From the NCBI GenBank assembly GCA_964654695.1, contig CAZZKJ010000003.1, forward strand, positions 58,909-122,908: a stretch of DNA of 64,000 nt, read 5' to 3'. Within the stretch, counting starts at the first letter, position 1; each line of letters begins with the position of its first letter. The stretch is from an uncultured bacterium (GTDB lineage Bacteria; Krumholzibacteriota; Krumholzibacteriia; WVZY01). Below are positions 9,543-18,766 of this stretch, piece after piece. The notes beneath the pieces are model-generated. The model was not told the origin of the DNA. It saw only the letters and a program-made list of their open reading frames with translations, and ran no database searches. A program made the position numbers and the translations under genes.

Positions 9543-12500
9543 ATGAAGCTCTATGAGTTTTCAGTAAGAAAACCTGTACTTGTGTCCATAGGGCTCATTA
9601 CCTTATTGATACTCGGCGTTATTTCCGTCACCAAGCTGCCTGTAGAATTCTTTCCTCAAATGGATTTTCCTTTTTGCGGCGTATTTGTGCCTTATCCAAA
9701 TGCCCTCCCTTCGCACGTGGAGAGAAAAATAGCAAAGCCTATTGAAGAAGTGCTTGGGACTTTGGGAAACGTGAAGCAGATATTTTCGAATTCTTCATCA
9801 AACGGAGCTTTTATAGGCGTGCAGTTCAATTGGGGACAGGACATCAACGTTCTTCGAATGGAGGTGAAAGAAAAAATTGACCAGATACGGCATGAGCTTC
9901 CCTCCGACATTCAACGTATTCAGATTTTCTCTTTCAACTCCAACGACGCACCTATAATGGTCGGAAGGATATCGGCCAAGGGGAGGGATCTTTCCGGCAG
10001 CTACGACCTGTTGGAAAAAACCATCCTGAATCCGCTCCGGCGGCTCGACGGAGTCGGCCAGGTGAATATTGACGGTATTGCTCCCAAGGAGATCATTGTT
10101 TACCTGAAGCTCAATCGCTTGAAGGCCCACAGGGTCGATGTCGGAGCTCTTTTTTCTCTCTTGCAAAACACGAATCTTAGCTCTTCGGTAGGCGAATTCA
10201 CGAGTAAAGGACTGCGCTACAGCATCAGGGCCCTGGGCAGCTTTTCAAGCACTGAGGAAATTGAGAACCTGGCAATAAACCGAGAAGGTCTTCGCCTTAA
10301 AGATATAGCCGAAGTATATTACGGCGAACCGAATATCAATTACGGACGCCATCTTAACCGCGAGAAAGCAATAGCTTTTTGGGTGCAGAAAAGTTCCGGC
10401 ACCAATACGGTGGATGTCGCCGGCAAGGTCAAGGCCGCGCTCGCGAAAGCAAACACCAACCCCGCTCTCAAAGGCATCAATGTGCTGCTGTTCTGGGATC
10501 AATCCGAACAAATTTTGAACAGTCTTCACGGGCTGAGAGAAGCAGGCCTGATCGGATCCCTTTTTGCCATTATGATTCTTTACTTTTTTCTTCGGCGCCT
10601 CTCCACGACAATGATAATCGCCGTTGCGATCCCTTTTTCGATTCTTTGCACATGTTCGTTTCTCTATTTCAGCGGAAGAAGTTTGAATATCCTGACGATG
10701 ATGGGCCTCATGCTGGGTGTCGGTATGCTCGTCGATAATACCATCGTAGTTCTGGAATCTATATTCAGGCATCAGAGCAGGGGAGAGGAAGGCATACATG
10801 CCGCCATTGTCGGCAGCAAAGAAGTTGCAACGGCCGTCGTCGCTGCCACTCTGACTTCCGTAATCGTTTTTGCCCCTGTTATCTTTACTTATGATTCAAC
10901 CGGATTGCTGACGTTTCTCTCTCAGGTGGGTGTTACGATTTCAGTAGCATTGATATTTTCACTTATCGTATCCCTGACGTTGATTCCATTTCTGACATCG
11001 AGGGTATTAAAGCCGAAAAAGAGCGGAGAATCAGCTCTGCTGCTCAGCGTACAGGCAAAATACTTGAAAATTCTTAAATGGACCACTTTTAAAAGGCCCT
11101 ATCTTACGGGATTCGTATTCCTCTTGATTATAGTGGCGCTGACCGTTGCCGGCGCGAAAATCTTCAAACTCGGTTTTGATATGGAGGAAGGCGAACTAAT
11201 AGAGAACCTTTATGTTTCCTATGAATTTACGGATAATCTTTCATACCGGCAAACAGAGAGATATGTAAAAAGGATAGAAGATTATCTCTTTGGTCATCAA
11301 TCGGAGTTGGGTATAAAAACCGTCTACAGTTATTTCGCGGATAATGATGCCGGAACCACTATATTCTTCGAGGATAAATATCTCAGCAAGAAAAAACTCA
11401 AGGATATACGCCGTTATTTGCATGAGAAGCTTCCCAAGATGGCAGGTGCGACGCTTAGGTTGGGAGATGAAAAGGGAGAGAGGGGAGGTGGGGCAAAAAC
11501 TGTAAGAGCAACCATCTTCGGCGAAGACGAAAATTTGCTTGAAGAACTGGCCAGAGAAGTCAAAAGGCGTTTCAAATTGATCGAACAGCTCGAAGACGTG
11601 CGTACCAGCATAGATATGGGCAAGGAAGAAATAAACATATCCTTGAACCGTGATCTGGCGGCAAAATACGGGATAACTCCTCAGAATGTAGGCGGGATAA
11701 TGAACTTGACTTTTCGCGGAATGCCTCTGAGGAGATTCCAGGCCGCGGAGCACGAAGTCCCGATGACGATTGAGCTCGATCCGCAGGACAAATTGGGGAT
11801 ATTCAACTTGAAAAATCTGTTGGTGGGATTCAACGACAACGCTGAGTTCACGTTGGGATCTGTGGCGGATTTTTCGATAAAACGCGGACCGAATGTTATA
11901 ACGCGGGAACATCAGAAGACCGCGGTTTCCGTACAAGGTCTCTATGATGGAGACGACATGAAACACATACTGTCCAAAGTGCGGGCCGTTATGAACTCCA
12001 TCCATTTGCCAATAGGCTATTCGTGGTCGTTCAGCGATAGAATACAGGAGCAACAGCAGAAACAGCGGGAGATGCTTATAAATATCCTGCTGGCCTTGGC
12101 ATGCGTGTACATGGTCATGGCCGCTCTTTTCGAATCTTTGCTCCACCCGTTGATTATAATGTTCTGCCTGCCTTTTGCGTTTATCGGAGTGATATGGATC
12201 CTGATACTGACTCGCACTTCCATGAACATTATGACTATGATAGGTTTCGTAATCCTTATAGGTATTGTAGTCAATAACGGCATAATTCTAATCGATCATA
12301 TTAATAATTTCCGAAAGAAAGGATTGCCAATTTCTGAAGCGGTTCTGGAAGGCGGAAGAGAGCGCTTCCGGCCGATTCTCATGACGGCTTCTACGACTAT
12401 ACTTGGGCTAATGCCCATGGCCGTCGGCAATGCCAATATAGCGGGTTCTCAGTATTATCCCCTTGCCAGGGCAATAATGGGAGGCCTTATCAGCTCAACT

Positions 12501-12647
12501 CTTCTGACCCTGATTATCCTGCCGACTTACTATGTTATTGCGGAAAGATTCACCGGCCGTTTGCGCCGAATTTGGAACTTGTCGACCGTCCGGCGGCCCC
12601 TGCATCCCGCTCAGCCTATCGCCAATAAGATAATAGAGTTAGACTGA
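9543..12647 (+). CDS. RND efflux permease (AcrB/AcrD/AcrF family), subunit 2
   Basis: 1034 aa; LGVGMLVDNTIVVLE, LFESLLHP and RFRPILMTA. Confidence 0.95.
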   Translation: MKLYEFSVRKPVLVSIGLITLLILGVISVTKLPVEFFPQMDFPFCGVFVPYPNALPSHVERKIAKPIEEVLGTLGNVKQIFSNSSSNGAFIGVQFNWGQDINVLRMEVKEKIDQIRHELPSDIQRIQIFSFNSNDAPIMVGRISAKGRDLSGSYDLLEKTILNPLRRLDGVGQVNIDGIAPKEIIVYLKLNRLKAHRVDVGALFSLLQNTNLSSSVGEFTSKGLRYSIRALGSFSSTEEIENLAINREGLRLKDIAEVYYGEPNINYGRHLNREKAIAFWVQKSSGTNTVDVAGKVKAALAKANTNPALKGINVLLFWDQSEQILNSLHGLREAGLIGSLFAIMILYFFLRRLSTTMIIAVAIPFSILCTCSFLYFSGRSLNILTMMGLMLGVGMLVDNTIVVLESIFRHQSRGEEGIHAAIVGSKEVATAVVAATLTSVIVFAPVIFTYDSTGLLTFLSQVGVTISVALIFSLIVSLTLIPFLTSRVLKPKKSGESALLLSVQAKYLKILKWTTFKRPYLTGFVFLLIIVALTVAGAKIFKLGFDMEEGELIENLYVSYEFTDNLSYRQTERYVKRIEDYLFGHQSELGIKTVYSYFADNDAGTTIFFEDKYLSKKKLKDIRRYLHEKLPKMAGATLRLGDEKGERGGGAKTVRATIFGEDENLLEELAREVKRRFKLIEQLEDVRTSIDMGKEEINISLNRDLAAKYGITPQNVGGIMNLTFRGMPLRRFQAAEHEVPMTIELDPQDKLGIFNLKNLLVGFNDNAEFTLGSVADFSIKRGPNVITREHQKTAVSVQGLYDGDDMKHILSKVRAVMNSIHLPIGYSWSFSDRIQEQQQKQREMLINILLALACVYMVMAALFESLLHPLIIMFCLPFAFIGVIWILILTRTSMNIMTMIGFVILIGIVVNNGIILIDHINNFRKKGLPISEAVLEGGRERFRPILMTASTTILGLMPMAVGNANIAGSQYYPLARAIMGGLISSTLLTLIILPTYYVIAERFTGRLRRIWNLSTVRRPLHPAQPIANKIIELD

Positions 12648-12805
12648 TAGGACTCTAAAGACGCGATCAATCTTTTTCTTAATCCAGATCCTCAAGGTTA
12701 CCGCATAAAAAAAATTTGCTTCTTCAAAAGATTCGTTTTAACTTTAAGGAGTTTTGAAATTACTTATAAAAAGTATATTTTAATCATGATATGAAGGAGG
12801 ATCAA

Positions 12806-13135
12806 ATGAGCAATGAAATAGAATTGACCGATGATACTTTCGAAGCAGAAGTCCTCAATGCCGATATACCGGTTCTCGTGGATTTCTGGGCTCCCTGGTG
12901 CGGTCCCTGCCGCATGGTTGCCCCTGTCGTTGAAGAGATTGCCAAGGACTATGAGGGCAGGATCAAGGTAGGCAAAGTCAATACCGAAAGCAACCAGAAA
13001 ATTGCCGCAAAATACGGCATTATGAGCATCCCCACTCTTATGATTTTCAAAGGCGGCAAGGAAGTCGAGCGGATCATAGGGGCGCAGCCCAAGGAGGCCA
13101 TGGCCGGCAAGATCGATTCAGTTCTGGACTCGTGA
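12806..13135 (+). CDS. trxA: Thioredoxin
   Basis: [10 protein letters not shown] active site and SIPTL cis-Pro loop; AAGGAGG RBS before ATG 12806. Confidence 0.96.
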   Translation: MSNEIELTDDTFEAEVLNADIPVLVDFWAPWCGPCRMVAPVVEEIAKDYEGRIKVGKVNTESNQKIAAKYGIMSIPTLMIFKGGKEVERIIGAQPKEAMAGKIDSVLDS

Positions 13136-13147
13136 AAGGAGAAGGCC

Positions 13148-13531
13148 ATGTACGGTTTTTCAAAAGAAATTCCCCTTGATTTTCGGGAAGCGGTCGACAA
13201 GGTCAAAGCCGCTTTGAAGCAGGAAGGATTCGGCATCCTGAGCGAGATAGATGTAAAGACCACGCTGAAGAAAAAGCTGGATGTTGATTTCAGGAAATAT
13301 GTCATTCTGGGCGCCTGCAATCCACCGCTGGCGCACAAAGCTTTGACCGAAGAAACGCAGATAGGACTTCTTCTTCCTTGCAATGTTATCGTCTACGAGA
13401 ATCCCGGCGGCGGTTCCACTGTTGCGGTCGTGAATGCAGAGAAAATGCTTTCGGTCGTAGAAAAAGAATCACTGCAGGGGCTTGCCGTTGAAGTGAATTC
13501 GAAACTGCAGCGGGCCATGGAAACCATATAG
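13148..13531 (+). CDS. DUF302 domain protein
   Basis: GFGILSEIDV, ILGACNP and IGLLLPCNVIVY. Confidence 0.9.
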   Translation: MYGFSKEIPLDFREAVDKVKAALKQEGFGILSEIDVKTTLKKKLDVDFRKYVILGACNPPLAHKALTEETQIGLLLPCNVIVYENPGGGSTVAVVNAEKMLSVVEKESLQGLAVEVNSKLQRAMETI

Positions 13532-13623
13532 ATGGTCCTTCATTACGACCTCCCATAAGGAATCCTCTCCGGATTGATAGAGCGAACGCGGTCTCGGGCT
13601 GTTGAAATACCGGGTTTCTCCAT

Positions 13624-14229
13624 TCAAATTTCCGGTTCCGGCTCAGGTACAGATTTGCTCGATTCCGGTTTTCTGCGGAAAAGGAGCCGGGTGGTGATGT
13701 ACGGCAGCCACAATACAAGCGCGAAAAGATACATACCCAAATTTTCATAGAAATTAATGAAAAACGGCACCAGCCTGGCTTCAATGCGTCCTGCAGGATA
13801 AAGGCTGATGATTTGCGGGTTTGACATCATGGCGAACTTGATCGTAGATGCGATTGTAAATATATGGATCCAATATAGAACGAATACGGCAAGAAAAAGA
13901 TGAATTATGAATTTCCTTACTTGAGATTTGAAAGGAGATGCCAGGTAAAGAGTCAACAGCATGGCAGTATTGCTCGTAATATCCTCGGCCGTGAGGAAAA
14001 GAGGCATATCCCTGCCATGAATTACAAGTCTCACCGCGAATTCTCCACCTCCCGCGGTTACATCTTTGACGGGACCCAGAGGATCGAATAACGCAAAAAG
14101 AATTGCCAGAACCGGAGCCAGGGCCTCATGGTACAGGCGGGATATTCCCAGGTATTGCCAGACTATCAGGATGCATATGAATAAGGGAAATATCTTAACC
14201 AGTAGCTTTATCAGGGCTTTTCGATCCAT
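13624..14229 (-). CDS. Exosortase H-associated membrane protein (exosortase-like topology, no catalytic residues)
   Basis: Overlaps the 3' end of xrtH. Its hydrophobic pattern is colinear with the exosortase (ITSNTAMLLTLYLASP versus CNGIEATAIFFATILGFP). Confidence 0.7.
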   Translation of the reverse strand: MDRKALIKLLVKIFPLFICILIVWQYLGISRLYHEALAPVLAILFALFDPLGPVKDVTAGGGEFAVRLVIHGRDMPLFLTAEDITSNTAMLLTLYLASPFKSQVRKFIIHLFLAVFVLYWIHIFTIASTIKFAMMSNPQIISLYPAGRIEARLVPFFINFYENLGMYLFALVLWLPYITTRLLFRRKPESSKSVPEPEPEI

Positions 14230-14806
14230 ATTGAGAGAATTTGGCCGCCCATATTATCCATACGCCTATGGTTGCCAATATTACGAAGGCCTGTGCGTAA
14301 TAGTAATGCACCGTTTCAAATATTTCCGGAATCCGGAATCCTATTATAAAAAGGGCGGCTATTCTAAGTATGTTGATAAAAAAAATAACGGGATAACCTA
14401 TCATTAACCCCACGAGCTTGTTTTTCCAGGATGAAGGAAATCCCAGGATGGTGGCAAAGAAAATGGCTGTTGCTTCGATGCCGTTGCAAACGTAGAGTAT
14501 GTTGACCGTGAATTGGGGCGAAGATATCAAAGAGCCTTGCCCGTGGGCTTCAATGCCGAGTAATTGAAGGAAAAGCCGGCTGCTGGCCGCCACAAAGTCT
14601 GTATATGGGCGGCTGAAATGAATCTGCACCCAGCTTATTCTCAAAACCAGAAAGAATGCCAGCAGGGACAAGACCGTTACGGCGACGAATTTTATTACCG
14701 ACATATGCGCCTTTAAGGCCGCGGCTGCACCTGCATTTTTTTTGCCGGATTTGAACTCATCGGATTGCTCATTCCTGGAGGCTTTCGACAACCAGAGATC
14801 TCCCAT
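14195..14806 (-). CDS. xrtH: Exosortase H-type cysteine transpeptidase (start uncertain)
   Basis: VCNGIEA (Cys), NILRI (Arg) and FETVHYY (His) form the triad; ILGFPSSWKNKLVG is typical of the exosortase H group. Confidence 0.8.
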   Translation of the reverse strand: MGDLWLSKASRNEQSDEFKSGKKNAGAAAALKAHMSVIKFVAVTVLSLLAFFLVLRISWVQIHFSRPYTDFVAASSRLFLQLLGIEAHGQGSLISSPQFTVNILYVCNGIEATAIFFATILGFPSSWKNKLVGLMIGYPVIFFINILRIAALFIIGFRIPEIFETVHYYYAQAFVILATIGVWIIWAAKFSQYGSKSPDKATG

Positions 14807-14858
14807 TAAAGGCCGTTGTGTATTTCGCTGGGATATTCTAACATATATGCATTAAAAA

Positions 14859-14874
14859 TGGCAAAATATTTGCT
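14859..14874 (+). promoter_or_regulatory. Candidate sigma54 -24/-12 promoter for the peptide-binding protein
   Basis: TGGCAAAATATTTGCT has GG-N10-GC spacing and lies about 40 nt before ATG 14913. Confidence 0.5.
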
Positions 14875-14912
14875 CTAAAGTGACCGCACATTCTGAACCC
14901 GGGGGCACCTGC

Positions 14913-16595
14913 ATGAGACTTGTATTGATTACTGCGGTACTGTTATTAGCCGTGTCGTCCTGCTCCAAAAACGGCAAACCGATAGATAGCAGATCGAAAA
15001 AAGAAAAAACCTTGCCGGCGGCAGCATCTGAGACTGGGCCTCGAAAAGGCGGCAAGCTGATCATAGGAGTTCAACAGGAACCGGAGATGTTAAGCGAAAT
15101 CCTGAACTCCATGGCGACGAATAATATGATTTGCAACCTGATTTTCAGTAAATTCGTCCGGTACAATGACTCCCTGAAGCTGGTTCCTGACCTTATAAAA
15201 GAAATACCCTCCCTGAAAAACGGCGGTGTGTCTCCGGACTATTTATCATATACCTATCACATTCGTAAGGATGCATTCTGGCACGACGGCATTCCGGTTA
15301 CGAGCGGGGACGTGAAATTTACTTATGAAATAATCATGGATCCGCTTGTAAATGTTGAGTCAAGGGAAGGATGGGATGTAATCGAAAGCATTGATATTCC
15401 AAATGAGAAAACGGTGGTTTTTCATTTGAAACAGCATTATCCGGATTTTATTGAAGAGACGTTTTATGACGAATCGGTCCTGCCTGAGCATATCCTCAGC
15501 AGCAGAAGAGGCGCAAAATTTCATTCTTCCACTTACCATCATGCGCCTGTAGGATCCGGACCTTTCAAATTCAAGAAATGGGTTTCCGGCTCGCATCTTG
15601 TGCTGGAAGGAAACGAACGCTATTACGGGGAAGGTCCTTATCTGGATGAAATTATTTTCAAGTTTATTCCCGATATGAACACTCTTCTCGTGCAGCTTAA
15701 AACCGGTGAGATCGACTTTTTCGATAACGCTGAAATAAATTTCCTGGATCAAATAGAGAATATTCCAGGAATAGCAGTATACAAAACCCCAATGCTCATG
15801 TACGAGCATCTCGATTTGAATAACGATAATCCTATACTTAAGGACAAACTTGTGAGAAAAGCCCTGTGTTATGCGACCAACAAAAGGGAAATCGTTGAAA
15901 AAGTTTACGGCAAAGTTGTTCAGATCGCAGACCTGGATGAATTTCCGGCTTCAAAATACTATAACAGCGAAGCGGCCTTGGGTGCCGCCTATAACCCGCT
16001 CGAGGCCAGGAAACTGCTCCATAAGGCTGGTTGGATGGACAGCGATAAGGATGGAATTCTTGAGAAAAACGGGAAAAAACTTTCCCTCACGATTTCGACA
16101 ACTTCCGGGCAAATCAATAGGGAGAGGACCGAGGTGGTCCTGATGAATCAATACAAGGAAATTGGAGTGGACCTGCGCATTAAAAATTACAACCCAACTG
16201 TTCTATACGGAACGTTCAGCGACGGCGGAATTCTTAAAACCGGCAAGTTCGATATAGCCATGTATGCGTGGCTGTCGTCCCCCGAGCCGGCGACAAAGGA
16301 AGCCCTGTATTCCTCCCGGAACATTCCTCCAAAAGGACAGAACCATCCCAGGATCAAGAACGAGGATTTATCGAAGCTGTTAGCCAAAGGATCAAAAGAA
16401 GTAGACGAAATTAAGCGTATAGAAATATACAAGAGAATCGCGGAGATTCTGGTGGATGAGGCTCCGGTGATTCCGCTATTCTGGTATACTTCCATAGATG
16501 CTTGTTCCGATAGGCTTCATAACCTGCGCCCCAATCCCACCCAATCCTCCGACACCTGGAACGCCGGCCAATGGTATATGACGAGGCAGCCTTGA
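14913..16595 (+). CDS. Peptide/nickel ABC transporter substrate-binding lipoprotein (family 5)
   Basis: Lipobox LAVSSC; FWHDGIPVTSGDVKFT and PVGSGPFKFKKW. Confidence 0.93.
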   Translation: MRLVLITAVLLLAVSSCSKNGKPIDSRSKKEKTLPAAASETGPRKGGKLIIGVQQEPEMLSEILNSMATNNMICNLIFSKFVRYNDSLKLVPDLIKEIPSLKNGGVSPDYLSYTYHIRKDAFWHDGIPVTSGDVKFTYEIIMDPLVNVESREGWDVIESIDIPNEKTVVFHLKQHYPDFIEETFYDESVLPEHILSSRRGAKFHSSTYHHAPVGSGPFKFKKWVSGSHLVLEGNERYYGEGPYLDEIIFKFIPDMNTLLVQLKTGEIDFFDNAEINFLDQIENIPGIAVYKTPMLMYEHLDLNNDNPILKDKLVRKALCYATNKREIVEKVYGKVVQIADLDEFPASKYYNSEAALGAAYNPLEARKLLHKAGWMDSDKDGILEKNGKKLSLTISTTSGQINRERTEVVLMNQYKEIGVDLRIKNYNPTVLYGTFSDGGILKTGKFDIAMYAWLSSPEPATKEALYSSRNIPPKGQNHPRIKNEDLSKLLAKGSKEVDEIKRIEIYKRIAEILVDEAPVIPLFWYTSIDACSDRLHNLRPNPTQSSDTWNAGQWYMTRQP

Positions 16596-16648
16596 GCGTG
16601 CAGCGATTGTATCGAATTTCCAATTAATACTACCGGTTGCGCGGTTTT

Positions 16649-16664
16649 TGGTACGAAACTCGCA
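16649..16664 (+). promoter_or_regulatory. Candidate sigma54 -24/-12 promoter for the permease genes
   Basis: TGGTACGAAACTCGCA: two mismatches to TGGCACG-N4-TTGCA with correct spacing, in the intergenic gap. Confidence 0.4.
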
Positions 16665-16737
16665 CAAGCTTGTTTTCAGCAGGAGAGGTGTTGGCGTGTG
16701 TTATGTAACAATAAATAAATAAAGGGATTATGTTTAA

Positions 16738-17697
16738 ATGGCCAGATTCATAATAAGAAGATTATTGGAAATTGCCCTACTGGTATTTGTAGCTTCGCTG
16801 GTTTGCTTCGCCCTGATGCAGGCGGCGCCGGGAGGACCAACGGCGGTTCTCTCGCAGAGCCCCCTGGTAAGGCCTGAAGACCTTGAAAGAATCAGATCGA
16901 ATTTCGGAATCGATAAACCCGTTATTATACAGTATGCCTTATGGTTGAAGCAGGTAGTTCTGCACGGCGACTTCGGTCATTCCTTTGTCACGGGAGAGCC
17001 CGTTATGCAAATGATCAAGCAGCGAATACCTGCCACGCTGGAACTCATGCTGTCGGCTTTCACGTTGGCTTTCGTTTTCGGGATTTCAGGAGGCATAATA
17101 TCGGCAATGCGCCAGTATACAAAACTCGATACCTTTATAACTTTCGTGGCGTTGATAGGAATTTCAGTTCCGGTTTTTTGGCTGGGTTTGATGTCGATGA
17201 TGTTCTTTTCAGTGAACTGGCATATGCTGCCGTCTTCGGGAATGTATACCGTGGGAGCGGAGTCGTCTTTGTGGGATCATCTGAGCCACCTGATCATGCC
17301 TTCTATTGTGCTTGCACTCATGTTTATCGGCAGTTGGAGCAGGTATATGCGAGCGAGCCTCAGCGAGGTTATGAACATGCACTATATAAGCGTGGCTAAA
17401 GCCAAAGGTGTGCCGGAGGGTTCGGTATTGTTCAAGCATGCCATACGCAATGCGTCCATTCCCGTTTTGACGGTTATAGCGCTTAATTTACCGGCATTGT
17501 TTACAGGGTCCATCATAACAGAAACCATATTTTCATGGCCCGGCATGGGCAGGTTGTTTTACGAGGGCCTGCTAAGACAGGATTACACCAGGCTGATGGG
17601 AATCATATTCATTGCTTCGGCGTTGATAGCGCTGTTCAATTTTATCGCGGATGTTGTTTATGGAATTCTCGACCCGCGTATTAGATACGCAAAATGA
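16738..17697 (+). CDS. Peptide ABC transporter permease (OppB/DppB type)
   Basis: RIPATLEL, ISVPVFWLGL and EAA loop AKAKGV...HAIRNA. Confidence 0.94.
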   Translation: MARFIIRRLLEIALLVFVASLVCFALMQAAPGGPTAVLSQSPLVRPEDLERIRSNFGIDKPVIIQYALWLKQVVLHGDFGHSFVTGEPVMQMIKQRIPATLELMLSAFTLAFVFGISGGIISAMRQYTKLDTFITFVALIGISVPVFWLGLMSMMFFSVNWHMLPSSGMYTVGAESSLWDHLSHLIMPSIVLALMFIGSWSRYMRASLSEVMNMHYISVAKAKGVPEGSVLFKHAIRNASIPVLTVIALNLPALFTGSIITETIFSWPGMGRLFYEGLLRQDYTRLMGIIFIASALIALFNFIADVVYGILDPRIRYAK

Positions 17698-18631
17698 AAA
17701 TCCGGCTTCGAGCAGCAAAGCAAAAAAGGGTGATCCGTTTCATCTCAGGGATCCCTTATTGCCTTTATCCGATCGAAGCGGTGTCTGCGAAGACAGAGGC
17801 CTGCTGCCCCAACTGAAGAAAGATAAAATCGCTTTTACGGCTTTGATTCTTCTTTCGATCATAATTCTGTGCTCAATCGCAGCTCCGGTCTTAAGCCCGT
17901 ATGATAAAGATACAATAGATCTCACCAAGCAGTACCTTTCTCCATCCGTTAGCCATCCGTTCGGAACGGATGACATGGGCCGGGACTTCTTCGTTCGAGT
18001 CATGTATGGCGGCAGGATTTCACTGGCCGTTGGTTTCCTGGCTGTTTCAATAGCGCTGATTCTGGGACTTCTGACCGGAGGTGTTGCAGGGTTTTATGGG
18101 GGCGCCTTGGATACGGTGATCATGAGGATAGTAGACTTGATGCTGTCCATACCGGTATTTTTTGTAATTCTATTTTTGGCAAGCACAATGTCCCCTCATA
18201 TTTTCACAATATGCTTTTTCATTGGTACTACGCAGTGGATGGAGGTGTCCAGGCTGGTCAGAGCCGGAGTGATAGCAACTAAGAACCAGGAATTTGTACT
18301 GGCCGCAAAGGCGCTGGGAATTCCGGACAGGAAAATTATCGTTAGGCATATTTTACCTCACACTGCCGCTCCCGTCCTGGTTTCCACGAGTATAGGTATG
18401 GCTACGGCCATTATTATTGAAAGTTCCTTGTCTTTTCTGGGATTTGGAGTTCAACCCCCCACCCCCAGCTGGGGAGCCATGCTTCAAAACGCCCAGGGAT
18501 ATTTGAGCAGCTTCCCGTGGATGACTGTATTCCCCGGGCTCATGATATTCCTGACTGTTGCATGCTGCTATATTCTCGGCGATTTTCTAAGCAGTGCTTT
18601 AAATCCCGTGAAAAAGAGTTCAAAGCATTGA
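17651..18631 (+). CDS. Peptide ABC transporter permease (OppC/DppC type); start uncertain
   Basis: HPFGTDDMGRD, GGRISLAVG, RHILPH and LSFLGFGVQPPTPSWG. Confidence 0.93.
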   Translation: MLFMEFSTRVLDTQNENPASSSKAKKGDPFHLRDPLLPLSDRSGVCEDRGLLPQLKKDKIAFTALILLSIIILCSIAAPVLSPYDKDTIDLTKQYLSPSVSHPFGTDDMGRDFFVRVMYGGRISLAVGFLAVSIALILGLLTGGVAGFYGGALDTVIMRIVDLMLSIPVFFVILFLASTMSPHIFTICFFIGTTQWMEVSRLVRAGVIATKNQEFVLAAKALGIPDRKIIVRHILPHTAAPVLVSTSIGMATAIIIESSLSFLGFGVQPPTPSWGAMLQNAQGYLSSFPWMTVFPGLMIFLTVACCYILGDFLSSALNPVKKSSKH

Positions 18632-18766
18632 AACACTCTGTATCCCCGCATTTGCTTCCGCAATAAAACTTTCCAATTGCTGATTTTCTTTTTATAATAT
18701 ATTGCGTACGAATTTCATTTCATTTAATCCTGAGGCGAAAAGGTGCGATTGAATTAAGAGTTTGAA

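Noticed and set aside
11241-12146. 301-aa antisense ORF, and the many other shadow ORFs in the track (e.g. 49223-49858, 6366-6956)
   Set aside because: They lie wholly opposite well-supported genes and show no recognisable motifs or RBS; expected by-products of coding-strand codon bias.
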